A stretch of 64,000 bases of DNA from Macrostomum hystrix (lineage: Eukaryota; Animalia; Platyhelminthes): assembly GCA_950097015.1 (NCBI GenBank), contig CATNEN010000038.1, positions 15,128,001 through 15,192,000 on the forward strand, in the 5' to 3' direction. The notes below the pieces were generated by a model, which was given only the letters and a program-made list of their open reading frames with translations, was not told the origin of the DNA and did not search any database. Positions 46,801 to 58,861 of the stretch are shown here, in pieces. Position numbers and translations under genes: made by a program. The first letter of the stretch is position 1. The number at the start of each line of letters is the position of its first letter.

Positions 46801-49800
46801 CAGGGCCACATCGACATCTATTCGGCGTCCTGGGGCCCCGACGACGACGGGCGAACTGTCGATGGTCCGGGCAGGCTGGCGAAGCAGGCCTTTCTTAAAG
46901 GCATTACTAGCGTAAGTTAGTTAGAAGCCGCAGCTGTTTAACAATAGATAACTGTATCTCCCAATAACAGTGCATCTCACGAATAGTATAGCTTCAGGAT
47001 AACTGAATTGAATCTTCAGTTATCCTGAAGCTATACTATTCATGAGATTCAATTCAGTTATCCTGAAGCTATACTATTCATGAGATTCAATTCAGTTATC
47101 CTGAAGCTATACTATTCATGAGATTCAATTCAGTTATCCTGAAGCTATACTATTCATGAGATTCAATTCAGTTATCCTGAAGCTATACTATTCATGAGAT
47201 TCAATTCAGTTATCCTGAAGCTATACTATTCATGAGATTCAATTCAGTTATCCTGAAGCTATACTATTCATGAGATTCAATTCAGTTATCCTGAAGCTAT
47301 ACTATTCATGAGATTCAATTCAGTTATCCTGAAGCTATACTATTCATGAGATTCAATTCAGTTATCCTGAAGCTATACTATTCATGAGATTCAATTCAGT
47401 TATCCTGAAGCTATACTATTCATGAGATTCAATTCAGTTATCCTGAAGCTATACTATTAATGAGATTCATTTCACTTATCCTGAAGCTTCAGGGTAGGTA
47501 AAGAATCTCATGAAAGCTATTAGCTTCAGGGTAGGTAAAGAATCTCATGAAAGCTATTAGCTTCAGGGTAGGTAAAGAATCTCATGAAAGCTATTAGCTT
47601 CAGGGTAGGTAAAGAATCTCATGAAAGCTATTAGCTTCAGGGTAGGTAAAGAATCTCATGAAAGCTATTAGCTTCAGGGTAGGTAAAGAATCCTATTTAA
47701 AGTGCAGCTTTATGATTGTGAATTAAACAAAATATTAGGAAGGCGCGGGCAATTTGTTACCAAGTTAGCCAATTAGCTGCACAGTTTAATACTTTTGTAT
47801 TTTGCGTTGCTAAAAACGAAGTTTATTTTAATAATAATGTAACTTTTTTGAAAAATGCATAGAAATAAAATTTCTATGTTTCTTTCCTGTATATTTCATG
47901 TTTGGAATTTCAGATTTAGGTTACATATTATTATTAATAATCTTTACACATACGATACATTTTGTGAAGACATGTTTGGGTTTTACCATGAGATATCCAA
48001 TTGAGTTCTGTACTGTATTGTAACGTAGATTTCTCTCTAAGCAAGCTCACGAAACTCAAGAATCTACTCAAACAAGAATCAAGTCGCCAGCCCTTCAGAC
48101 CATCGAGACATTCAATGGTTCTGGCCGAAGGTCCAATTTTTTAAATCTTAATCCGAATACTGTTAATCCGAATGTAAGAACTAACAAAAATAAACAAATT
48201 TTAGTCAACTGAAGCTTGACTAAACAATAAGAGGCAATTTTACGTTCCTGTAAACAAGCATGTTTGATTTCGGCAGGGTCGCAACGGCCTCGGCAACATA
48301 TTTGTTTGGGCATCTGGCAACGGCGGACACAAAGCAGATAGTTGCGCCTGCGACGGTTACACAAATAGCGTCTATACGCTTAGCGTTAGCAGTATTACGC
48401 AGCGCAACTCCAAGCCCTGGTATCTGGAGGAATGCGCCAGCACCTTGGCTGCCACCTACAGCAGCGGCGGCGCTGGGGAGGACCAGGTGAGGCCGAGTCT
48501 GATCTAACTATACCACTGTTGATATGGTGATCTAGGAATATCTAGCCTAGCCTATACTATCCTACCTAGGAATCCATAGATAAGCAATCCAGTCTAATCC
48601 TTCAGTCGATGAGGATAGACTAGCAATCCATTGTAATCCTTCATCATTTTATGAGATTGGACTAGCAATCCATTCTTATCATTAATCAGTCAATAGACTA
48701 GCAATCCATTGTAATCCTTTATCATTAATCAGTCAATAGACTAGCAATCCTTTCTAATCCTTCCTCAATCGATGATAGTAGACTAGCAATCCATTCTAAT
48801 CCTTCCTCAATCGATGATAATAGACTAGCAATCCATTCTAATCCTTCCTCAATCGATGATAGTAGACTAGCAATCCATTCTAATCCTTCCTCAATCGATG
48901 ATAGTAGACTAGCAATCCATTCTAATCCTTCCTCAATCGATGATAGTAGACTAGCAATCCATTCTAATCCTTCCTCAATCGATGATAATAGACTAGCAAT
49001 CCATTCTAATCCTTCCTCAATCGATGATAGTAGACTAGCAATCCATTCTAATCCTTCCTCAATCGATGATAGTAGACTAGCAATCCATTCTAATCCTTCC
49101 TCAATCGATGATAATAGACTAGCAATCCATTCTAATCCTTCCTCAATCGATGATAGTAGACTAGCAATCCATTCTAATCCTTCCTCAATCGATGATAGTA
49201 GACTAGCAATCCATCCTAATCCTTCCTCAATCGATGATAGTAGACTAGCAATCCATTCTAATCCTTCCTCAATCGATGATAGTAGACTAGCAATCCATTC
49301 TAATCCTTCCTCAATCGATGATAATAGACTAGCAATCCATTCTAATCCTTCCTCAATCGATGATAGTAGACTAGCAACCCATTCTAATCCTTCACCAGTC
49401 AAGGAGAATAGACTAGCAATCCATTCTAATCCTTCATCAGTCAAGGAGAATAGAAAGCTAAGCCATCATCAATAAGAATAGACTAGCAATCCAAAACTAA
49501 TGATTATTGATTGGTTTGCCAGTTAGTGCTATCTGTGCTTTATAACAGAACTAATCGCGTAACAACCAACCGCAGGTGGTGACAACAGACCTGCGCAATC
49601 AGTGCACCAGCTCTCACACTGGCACTTCGGCATCCGCTCCCATCGCGGCAGCCATCTTAGCACTCGTACTCGAAGCCAATCGCAATTTAACATGGCGCGA
49701 CGTTCAACACCTGACAGTGATTAGCGCCAATCCCGGCCAGTTTCTATTCGACGCCGAATGGTTGATCAATTCGGCCGGATTGCGTCATTCCAGACGCTAC

Positions 49801-52800
49801 GGCTTCGGCCTGATGTCGGCCTTCAGGATGGTGTCGCTGGCCAGATTGTGGGCTAGGCCAGTATCGAAAATGCTGCGTTGCCAGTGCCAGCGCGTCAAAG
49901 CCAATCAGCCGGTGCCAAACACGGGCGCACTGTCCATCGCTGTGCTAGTCTCGCCCGGCGGTGGATGCGCCTGCGACGGCGCCGCTTCTTCGTCGATACT
50001 GATGCTGGAATCGGTTCAGCTGCATCTGGATGCCAGCTTCTCTAATAGAGGACAATTGCAGGTTTGTAATACTGAAATTCATGTCTATTTATATGATTTA
50101 CAAGCCGTGAAACAGCCACTGCTGCAGGAAAAAATAGTTTTCCGTGGGCTGAGAATTAAACTACCGACCTACCGATGAGAAAAGCCAAAGCTCTTACAAT
50201 TAAATTTAATGATTTTCACTTCCACTCAAATTTATTTCTAAAACAAATATTTTAAATTTATTAAAAAACAATTTTTTATTTAAAATAAAAAATTCTGATT
50301 AATTGAAGTCTATGTTTTATCTACATAAATCTCGATTCTTAGAATTCCAGATTCTTAAAAATCTAGATTCTTAGAAAGCCAGATTCTTAGAAATCCAGAT
50401 TCTTAGAAATCCAGATTCTTAGAAATCTAGATTCTTAGAAATCTAGATTCTTAGAAACCAGATTCTTAGAAATCCAGATTCTTAGAAATCTAGATTCTTA
50501 GAAAGCCAGATTCTTAAAACAGATTCTTAGAAAGCCAGATTCTTAGAAATCCAGATTCTTATAAAACCTGATTCTAGGCAATCCAGATTCTAAGAAATCC
50601 AGATTCTTGGAAATCCAGATTTTTGGAAATTTAGATTCTTAGAAATCCAGACAGATTCTTAAAAATCCAGATTCTTAGAAATCCGAATTGTTAGAAATCA
50701 TAATTACTCGAAATTCTACGAGATTTTCTCAAATTCATTTTTCGAAGATCGATATTTTATTATTCTTAATTCCCTTCCCAGGTGACCCTGATCTCGCCCA
50801 GCGGTACTCGCTCGTTGCTCCTGACGCCGCGCATCTACGACGATCATAACGGCGACTGCGGCTTCCAAGCCTGGCCGCTGATGTCCGTACAGTTTTGGCG
50901 CGAAAATCCCACCGGGAAATGGCAGGTACTAGTTGAAAATCGCGGCTCGCCTAGCAACCGCGGCCGGGTGGCTTCGGCTACTCTTGTACTCTATGGCACA
51001 GATCGTGAGCCCGTGTTGTTGCGGCGACCGGCTGATCCTCTGCCTGAATGGCTCACGCCCTGGATTAGCCTGATGAAGGTGGGTTGTGAATTTTCAGTTA
51101 TTTGTTTACGAAGACTCGCATGAATTATATTTTAATCTAGGCATTTAGGATTCGTTTTTAGGTTTTAAAAATAATTTATATCCTTAAGATTTTCGTTTGA
51201 AGGCTTGAAAATTTAAATTGAAACCCACAGGATTCAGGATTCAAATCCTTGTGATTTAAAATTTGAATCTTCGAGGTTTAGGATTCAAGTCCTTGGGACT
51301 TAGAATTTCAATCCTTGGGATTTAGGATTCAAATCGTAGGTATTTAGGATTCAAATCGTAGGTATTTAGGATGCAAATCGTAGGGATTAAGGATTCGAAT
51401 CGTAGGGATTTAGGATTCGAATCGTAGGGATTTAGGATTCAAATCGTAGGGATTTAGGATTCAAATCGTAGGAATTTAGGATTCAAATCGTAGGGATTAA
51501 GGATTCGAATCTTAGGGATTTAGGATTCGAATCGTAGGGATTTAGGATTCAAATCGTAGGAATTTAGGATTCAAATCGTAGGAATTTAGGATTCAAATCG
51601 TAGGAATTTAGGATTAAAATCCTTGGGATTTAGGATACAAATCGTAAGGATTTAGGATTCTATATCTTAAAATTTAGAATTCAAATCCTTGGGATTTAGG
51701 ATTCAAATCCTCGTGATCCTAAATTTTTAATTCTAGTAATAAATTGAGCAGGAATTATTATCGCATCAGAGCTGTTAAAAATGCGACATTTTTATGATTA
51801 TAAAATAGGCATGAGCTCAGTTTAACTCTAATATTTTAAGTAATAGGTCGCACTACTGTGTACTTTACTTTTTACCTTTTGACTTAGGTTACCCATTTTT
51901 ATTCGCATTTCTACAATGCATCAGTGAGTGCAGCCTGTTGGGTACAAAAAACAATGGGCTCAGCCGGGATTTGAACCCGGGACCTCTCGCACCCAAAGCG
52001 AGAATCATACCCCTAGACCACTGAGCCAGCTGATATTGGAAAGGTAAATTGAGCTTGTTATATTGCCTTTTGTCTTCAGTGCTTGCTTTTCTGAAGAATT
52101 TCTCGCCTAGGAAAGGAAGAAAGATAATCTCGGGTCAGAAGATTATAGTAGAAAAGTAGTTTCTTATTTTTCTCTGCGAAACGATTGACACTACTAATTT
52201 CAGTAGGCATGTATGCAAGCAGAAATTTAGTGAAGTGAAATTAAGGTTGAGTGTCAATTAAACTTTAATTATTGATTGTTTTTCTGACAACAGACTGCAT
52301 CTGCGCGGCTGGTTATAGTCTTGATTGACATTTCGAGTACCAATTGTGTAGCTGGTTATGCGCACCGTCAATTTTTAGCAGGAAGCAGATTGTACTTATA
52401 CATTTTTTCTGATTCCAAACTCTGTCCCGAGTTTGTTCCTGCTTATAGGGATCGAAACCTAATCCGCTTCTCTTCGACAAGATTCGCTGAATATCTCGAC
52501 GATGCTGACGTCCGACTCCGTTGAAATTTAGCGCGTTGTAAAAGGTGGAAAATTTGTATCTTTTCAAAAATCTTTTCAAACAGACATGGTGAACTTTCAC
52601 GAAGATCGGTCATTCGGTTTGGGAGCGAAGTAGGCAGTGGGAATTAGAAATACCCCATGATCTACTTCGTATCTAAAGGGTGGGAAACAGCGTGGTATTC
52701 TCTATACTGTTAATCGACTGTGTGGAGTCTTTGCGCAAAGCAGACAATGGCCGAAACGAGACATGGAAGCTACGGACGAAGAAAACAATACTGTCTATGG

Positions 52801-54970
52801 CTAAAACTTTCTCTAAGGCAGGATCATTATTAATCCGTACTCAAACTGCGGACATCAGTTTCGTGAATTTCGTGAAAGGGATTTCGTGAACATGGGATTT
52901 AGGATTCGAATCCTCGGGATTTAGGATACAAATCCGGGGGATTTAGGTGTCAAATCCTTGGGATTTAAAATTCAAATCCTTGAGAATTAAAATTCAAATC
53001 CTTTGCATTTAGGATTCAGATCCTTGGGATTTAGGATTCAAATCCTCGGGGATTTAGGATTCAGATCCTTGGGATTTAGGATTCAGATCCTTGGGTTTTA
53101 GGATTCAGATCCTTAGGATTTAGGATACAAATCCCGGGGATTTAGGATTCGAATCCTTGGGGTTTAGAATTAAAATCCTTGTGATGTAATTATATTAAGT
53201 GTCGCCAAAATTATTTCGCAATCTGAGCAGGCGGAGCCGGTCGGGCCAGTGGGCTGTCACCGACTGTGCTCCGACACCGACAACTGCACCGGCCCTGGTC
53301 CTGGCGACTGTCGAATTTGTCGATTCTATCGTCGACCCCTCGAGGGCTGCGTCGAAGCCTGCCAGATTGAAAATGGGGAATATTCGGACGCTGACAGTCG
53401 CACCTGTCGGCCGTGTCATCCGGCTTGTGTTACCTGTCGAGGTCCAGGCAACGGACTTGTTGACGGCGGATGCCTATCGTGTAGGTCGGATTCCATCGCC
53501 TTGCTAAGCGACAGTAATAATAACTCAACTTTGCTTGCCTGTCTCACAGCCGACTCAGACTGTCCGCCTGCTCACTACTCGCTAACCGTTGCTATGGAAA
53601 CTAAAACTTTAACTTCAACAAAGCAAACCGAATTAGTCGCCTGCGCGCCGTGTCCTATTGGCTGCACTGATTGTAAGCTAATTAATAACAATGCCAAGCG
53701 CAGATCTTTGGCGCATTCTCGCCTGAGGCCTAACTGTACCGCTTGTCTACCCGGCTACCTGCTGCTCCTGCCTGATGGTGTTTGTCATCCATCATCTGGC
53801 GATTGTCCGCATGGTTACTGGCTAGCAACCGATGGTGCAGACCGATGCCTACCATGCCGGGACCCTAATTGCGAACGATGTAGGCCGAATGGCATCGATT
53901 GTCTGTCTTGTCGAGCTCCAACTATGCCAGTGTCTTCGTCAACTTTAGAGTTAGCCGGCGATAGCCGAGTAGGATGCGTTGATCCGGCGACAACTCCGGC
54001 TGCGTCGCCTTGCTCCATGGTTGCATCGGCAAAGCTCATTGGTTGCTCCGTGTGTTTAGTATCCTCCCTTCCTGCCGGTAAAGGACAATATGCCAGCTGC
54101 ATCTTATGCCAAGCTGGTCTAGTTTTAGATCCGGGACCAGACAATGCCAAGCGTAGATGCTTAGCCGAATGCCCACAACAGCGGCCGCACGCTTGTCCAG
54201 TAGTTTTAAACGGCTCACTTTCCAGCCGCGAATGTTCTGCCGTGCCCTGCCCAATGGCCATCCTGCCCGGACCGTGCAGCCTGGGCCGATTTGCAACCGA
54301 CATCAAGACTGTGACGTCATCGTTTAATGCAACAAACCGATTTTTTACCTGTTCAGCCTGTCACTCCAGTTGTCGCACCTGTGTAGGCTCCGGGCCTAAC
54401 AATTGCAGCAGCTGTTGGAGCCACTCCGCCTGTCTGAGCCGTGGCACCGGTCGCTGTCTTGCCTGCGGTCGATTCGCCGACTGCGATCCGCTTTACCCGA
54501 GCCAGACCTGCCAAAATGAGGCGGCCGATTCCAATCATCCGTGGAACAGTTTCACTGTGTCGCCATTTTTCACGACGTCGCCTTCGGCGCCAACGCAGAC
54601 GCCGCCCGGAGGTGTACCGCGGCTGTCCCCCATTAGCGCTGTCTATGGCTTTGCTGGCCTAGTCCTGGGTATTGTGCTAGTCTGTTTAGCTGGCTATTAC
54701 TATTGTGTCGGTGGCGCAGCCAATAACAACACAGGCAGCGCTGGCAGCTCTGGCGGAATCAATAGCGTCGGGGGCAGCGGGCTCAAGTGCAGCTACAGCC
54801 CAGTGTCGCAGAAGTCGCCTTCCGCCTCTCCGGAACGAGCCGGCACTCGCAGTCACCATCAATATTATCGCCATCAGAAGCGCGTCGTCTGCGCTGACTC
54901 TCCGTCACCGTCGGCATCTCCACCGCTACCTTCATCACCGGAGAAATTGGCAACCTCTTTGCAATTGTAG
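43852..54970 (+). CDS. Furin/PCSK5-like subtilisin proprotein convertase (type I membrane form)
   Basis: Exons 43852-44495, 45405-45493, 46739-46911, 48277-48486, 49576-50061, 50782-51078, 53231-54970, all phase-consistent. Signal peptide, prodomain ending KRRVKR, catalytic D (ILDDG), H (HGTRCAG), oxyanion N (SGNGG), S (GTSASAP), P domain, Cys-rich FU repeats, TM helix, YSPV tail motif. Confidence 0.93.
44560..45190. repeat. About 23-bp intronic minisatellite (gggatgagtagagatgggatctc)
   Basis: Furin intron 1. Confidence 0.92.
45728..46450. repeat. 23-bp intronic minisatellite (ggggatgagtagatacggaacct)
   Basis: Furin intron 2; shares gggatgagtaga with the intron 1 unit. Confidence 0.92.
46974..47692. 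repeat. 38-bp array plus inverted, diverged 37-bp array
   Basis: About 12 copies of ttcagttatcctgaagctatactattcatgagattcaa, then 5-6 copies of agcttcagggtaggtaaagaatctcatgaaagctatt. Confidence 0.93.
48580..49490. repeat. 42-bp intronic minisatellite (gactagcaatccattctaatccttcctcaatcgatgatagta)
   Basis: Furin intron 4; explains the spurious 14-aa-repeat ORF. Confidence 0.95.
50333..50700. repeat. 16-bp intronic minisatellite (agattcttagaaatcc)
   Basis: Furin intron 5. Confidence 0.9.
51228..51715. repeat. 22-bp intronic minisatellite (gggatttaggattcaaatcgta)
   Basis: Furin intron 6, 5' array. Confidence 0.9.
51956..52027 (-). tRNA. tRNA-Pro (anticodon TGG)
   Basis: GGCTCAGTGGTCTAGGGGTATGATTCTCGCTTTGGGTGCGAGAGGTCCCGGGTTCAAATCCCGGCTGAGCCC; full cloverleaf, A/B boxes, downstream T6 Pol III terminator. 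Confidence 0.96.
52483..52720. mobile_element. Interspersed repeat fragment, Helentron/HINE-like (second copy)
   Basis: Homologous to 28441-28650. Confidence 0.5.
52893..53182. repeat. 22-bp minisatellite (gggatttaggattcagatcctt), same family as 51228-51715
   Basis: Furin intron 6, 3' array. Confidence 0.88.
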
Positions 54971-55109
54971 CAATTTTTGTGCAATTGCTAATTTTGTTTT
55001 TAATAAAACAATTCGAGGCAACGTATCTCAGAAATTTGTGCAAGCAGATTTTATTTTTATGGAAAACAGTAGGTGCAAAAACTAGTCTAGTTCAACAGGT
55101 TTTGCAATC

Positions 55110-55590
55110 TCCCACCGGAATGTACAGGTAATATCGATCGGTTCCGACCACCTCCCTCCGCAATGTACACGTGATATCGATCGATTCCGCCCTCCTCCCT
55201 CCACAATGTACACGCAATATCGAACTGTTCCATTCACCTCCCTCCAAAATGTACACGCAATATCGATCCGTTCCATTCACCTCCCAAATGTACACGTAAT
55301 ATAGATCGATTCCGCCCACCGCCCTCCGCAATGTACACGCAATATCGATCCGTTCCATTCGCCTCCCTCCACAATGTACACGCAATATCGATTGATTCCG
55401 CCCACCTCCCTCCGCAATGTACACGCAATATCGATCCGTTCCATTCACCTCCCTCCACAATGTACAGGTAATATCGATCGATTCCACCCACCTCCCTCCG
55501 CAATGTACACGCAATATCGATCCGTTCCATCCACCTCCCTCCACAATGTACTCGCAATATCGATCCGTTCCATTCACCTCCCTCCGCATT
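55110..55590. repeat. About 43-bp minisatellite (caatgtacacgcaatatcgatccgttccattcacctccctcca)
   Basis: Tandem copies 3' of the furin stop. Confidence 0.9.
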
Positions 55591-56248
55591 ATCGATCAGT
55601 TTTCAATATTCCAAGTATATTCCAATATAAACATTTAATAATCAGTCAATATTTTCACACTTTTCTACAAGCTTTTTTGTTTTGCTTTCAACTCTCTAAG
55701 TGGGCATGCCCACTGCAGGAATTTGTGTTATATTTTACTCAAGTTTTTTTTCTGTTGCTCCATATCCGCAACGAGTAAAAGACACCATTTTTCTTACACT
55801 CCATTCTTTGTTCGAGATTTTATTTCAGTAATTCTTTATCACAATGCTATCTGCTTTAAACTGCATTCCTTGATTCTAAACTTCTAGTTTTTCACGTATT
55901 TTTCAAGCTGATATTAGACTGAAGGTTTGCAGATTGCAGTACTTTAGCCGACAATAAAGTACACACGTTTGACGGACAAGTGCTATAGATGTATGTATGT
56001 TTTTTTCTAGATGTATTTTTCTGGAACAGCATAAAATATTGTTTATTTTATTTTATTTTACACTCTTATGTACACAGATTTCATCGATTCATTCTTTCTT
56101 GTAATAATGATAAGCAATGATATCTAATTCTGAAATGGATAAAGTAATTTAGTCCTTTATCACTTATAAACTATGATACGAATCACATTATCCCTCAACC
56201 CAAATCCCTATGACCTCATGACCCTATTCTATTATTCTATGACCTTTT

Positions 56249-56546
56249 AATAATAAAAATAATAGACCCGCAGCAGCCAGCGAGGAGGCAATTCTGCCCG
56301 TTTCGCTGACTCCTGAGCACACACGCACACAGATTACTGTTCGCAGGCACACGCTCACACAGGTGTGTACATCTGCCCTGACTTTCTCATCGTCAGGCAG
56401 TGTACACTCTCACTGTGCCTTGGAGGTTGGCCCTCAAGCCTTCACTCCGCGGCTGCGCCCCAAATGAATGTGGCCTCGCCGCGGAATCGAGCTTAGGAAC
56501 ATTGGTGCGAGAGGCAAACGCGTTAACCGCTCTGCCACCGACCACC
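56249..56546 (-). mobile_element. Full-length tRNA-derived SINE, family 2
   Basis: 5' ggtggtcggtggcagagcggttaacg (A-box), gctcgattcc (B-box), TTA-type tail, flanked by 14-bp direct repeat ttctatgacctttt (56235-56248, 56547-56560); second copy at 59146. Confidence 0.8.
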
Positions 56547-57282
56547 TTCTATGACCTTTTTCTATGACCTTATGGCCCAAACTCATTATAACGGTAGCAT
56601 GATTTAATCCCATAATCCCAAATCCAACATTCCATAAGTAAAGTAATTTGGGTCATCCGTGATCTCATGCCCCCAAATCTCAGATCGGAACTCTCTTATT
56701 AAGTACGCAAGAAACTCCACTTTTTCAGCTGAAACTTTTGACATTCGCAGTCACCTAACTTCTTGCTTCGCTTGTTTTCCATCTACTTTAAATTATTTTT
56801 ACTTTCCATTGCTTTTTCATTTTCTTGCTTTATCTTCTAGTCAGTTGAGTTTGGGTCAAGTTTCGAAAACTAGCTTTTACTAATCAGAACACGTTTTTGT
56901 TTTTATCTTAATTAGATCTTCTACAAAACCTTCACTACCTTTGTTTCGAATTTGATCAAATTCTGACCTTCCGCGACACTGCAAATTGAGCTGGGTGTAC
57001 ACATACACATTCGACAATGCTTTTTTCTTCAAGCAAAAATAATTCTCATATTCTTTTTTCAAATAATAACGAATGCGTTCCTTATCTTGTCAAACAGACG
57101 AACTAAAAATAACATTTTTGTCACCATTTGATATTTCGAAGCTTTTCTTTATGTATTGACCAATATACCTATGGACGTGCGATAAGTACTTGTAACATTG
57201 TTGCAACAGTGCACCTGCTTTCTGTATTTTTCGTAAAATATAAACAACCTGCATGTACTTTTACCTGTGAGCTAATCTTTCA

Positions 57283-58801
57283 TTTGATTGATTGACCTAC
57301 TATAGATTCAGATTAGGCATTGATTGACCCACTATAGATTCAGATTAGGTATTTATTGGCCCACTATAGATTCAGATTAGGCATTGATTGACCCACTATA
57401 GATTCAGATTAGGCATTGATTGACCCACTATAGATTCAGATTAGGCATTGATTGACCCACTATAGATTCAGATTAGGCATTGATTGACCCACTATAGATT
57501 CAGATTAGGCATTGATTGACCCACTATAGATTCAGATTAGGCATTGATTGACCCACCATAGATTCAGATTAGGCATTGATTGACCCACTATAGATTCAGA
57601 TTAGGCATTGATTGACCCACTATAGATTCAGATTAGGCATTGATTGACCCACTATAGATTCAGATTAGGCATTTATTGGCCCACTATAGATTCAGATTAG
57701 GCATTTTTTGGCCCACTATAGATTCAGATTAGGCATTGATTGGCTCACTATAGATTCAGATTAGGCATTGATTGACCCACTATAGATTCAGATTAGGTAT
57801 TTATTGGCCCACTATAGATTCAGATTAGGTATTTATTGGCCCACTATAGATTCAGATTAGTCATTTATTGGCCCACTATAGATTCAGATTAGGCATTTAT
57901 TGGCCCACTATAGATTCAGATTAGGCATTGATTGGCCCACTATAGATTCAGATTAGTCATTTATTGGCCCACTATAGATTCAGATTAGTCATTTATTGGC
58001 CCACTATAGATTCAGATTAGGTATTTATTGGCCCACTATAGATTTAGATTAGGTATTTATTGGCCCACTATAGATTCAGATTAGTCATTTATTGGCCCAC
58101 TATAGATTCAGATTAGGCATTTATTGGCCCACTATAGATTCAGATTAGGCATTGATTGGCCCACTATAGATTCAGATTAGTCATTTATTGGCCCACTATA
58201 GATTCAGATTAGTCATTTATTGGCCCACTATAGATTCAGATTAGGTATTTATTGACCCACTATAGATTCAGATTAGGTATTTATTGACCCACTATAGATT
58301 CAGATTAGGCATTGATTGACCCACTATAGATTCAGATTAGGCATTTATTGGCCCACTATAGATTCAGATTAGGCATTGGTTGACCCACTATAGATTCAGA
58401 TTAGGCATTTATTGGCCCACTATAGATTCAGATTAGGCATTGGTTGGCCCACTATAGATTCAGATTAGGCATTGGTTGGCCCACTATAGATTCATATTAG
58501 GCATTGGTTGACCCACTATAGATTCATATTAGGCATTGGTTGACCCACTATAGATTCAGATTAGGCATTTATTGGCCCACTATAGATTCAGATTAGGCAT
58601 TGGTTGGCCCACTATAGATTCAGATTTGGCATTGGTTGGCCCACTATAGATTCATATTAGGCATTGGTTGACCCACTATAGATTCAGATTAGGCATTGGT
58701 TGGCCCACTATAGATTCAGATTTGGCATTGGTTGGCCCACTATAGATTCATATTAGGCATTGGTTGACCCACTATAGATTCATATTAGGCATTGGTTGAC
58801 C
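57283..58801. repeat. 32-bp minisatellite (cattgattgacccactatagattcagattagg)
   Basis: About 47 copies ending just upstream of an acceptor ttccag at 58827. Confidence 0.96.
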
Positions 58802-58861
58802 CTATATGCAAATATTTTCTGTTCCAGTCAGCTTCGCCGCCTGTCAGATGACGGTTGACGG

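Noticed and set aside
48725-49444. 239-aa amphipathic-looking repeat ORF ([14 protein letters not shown])
   Set aside because: Antisense frame of a 42-bp intronic array, with a non-ATG start and no unique flanking coding sequence
50041-50061. RGQ in place of RGD in the convertase P domain
   Set aside because: This motif varies commonly among invertebrate convertases; not notable on its own
56262-56292. gcctcctcgctggc at the SINE 3' end, identical to the P3/L3 of the HDV ribozyme
   Set aside because: The element ends in its tail right after; no P4, J4/2 or P2 partner, so a complete fold is impossible
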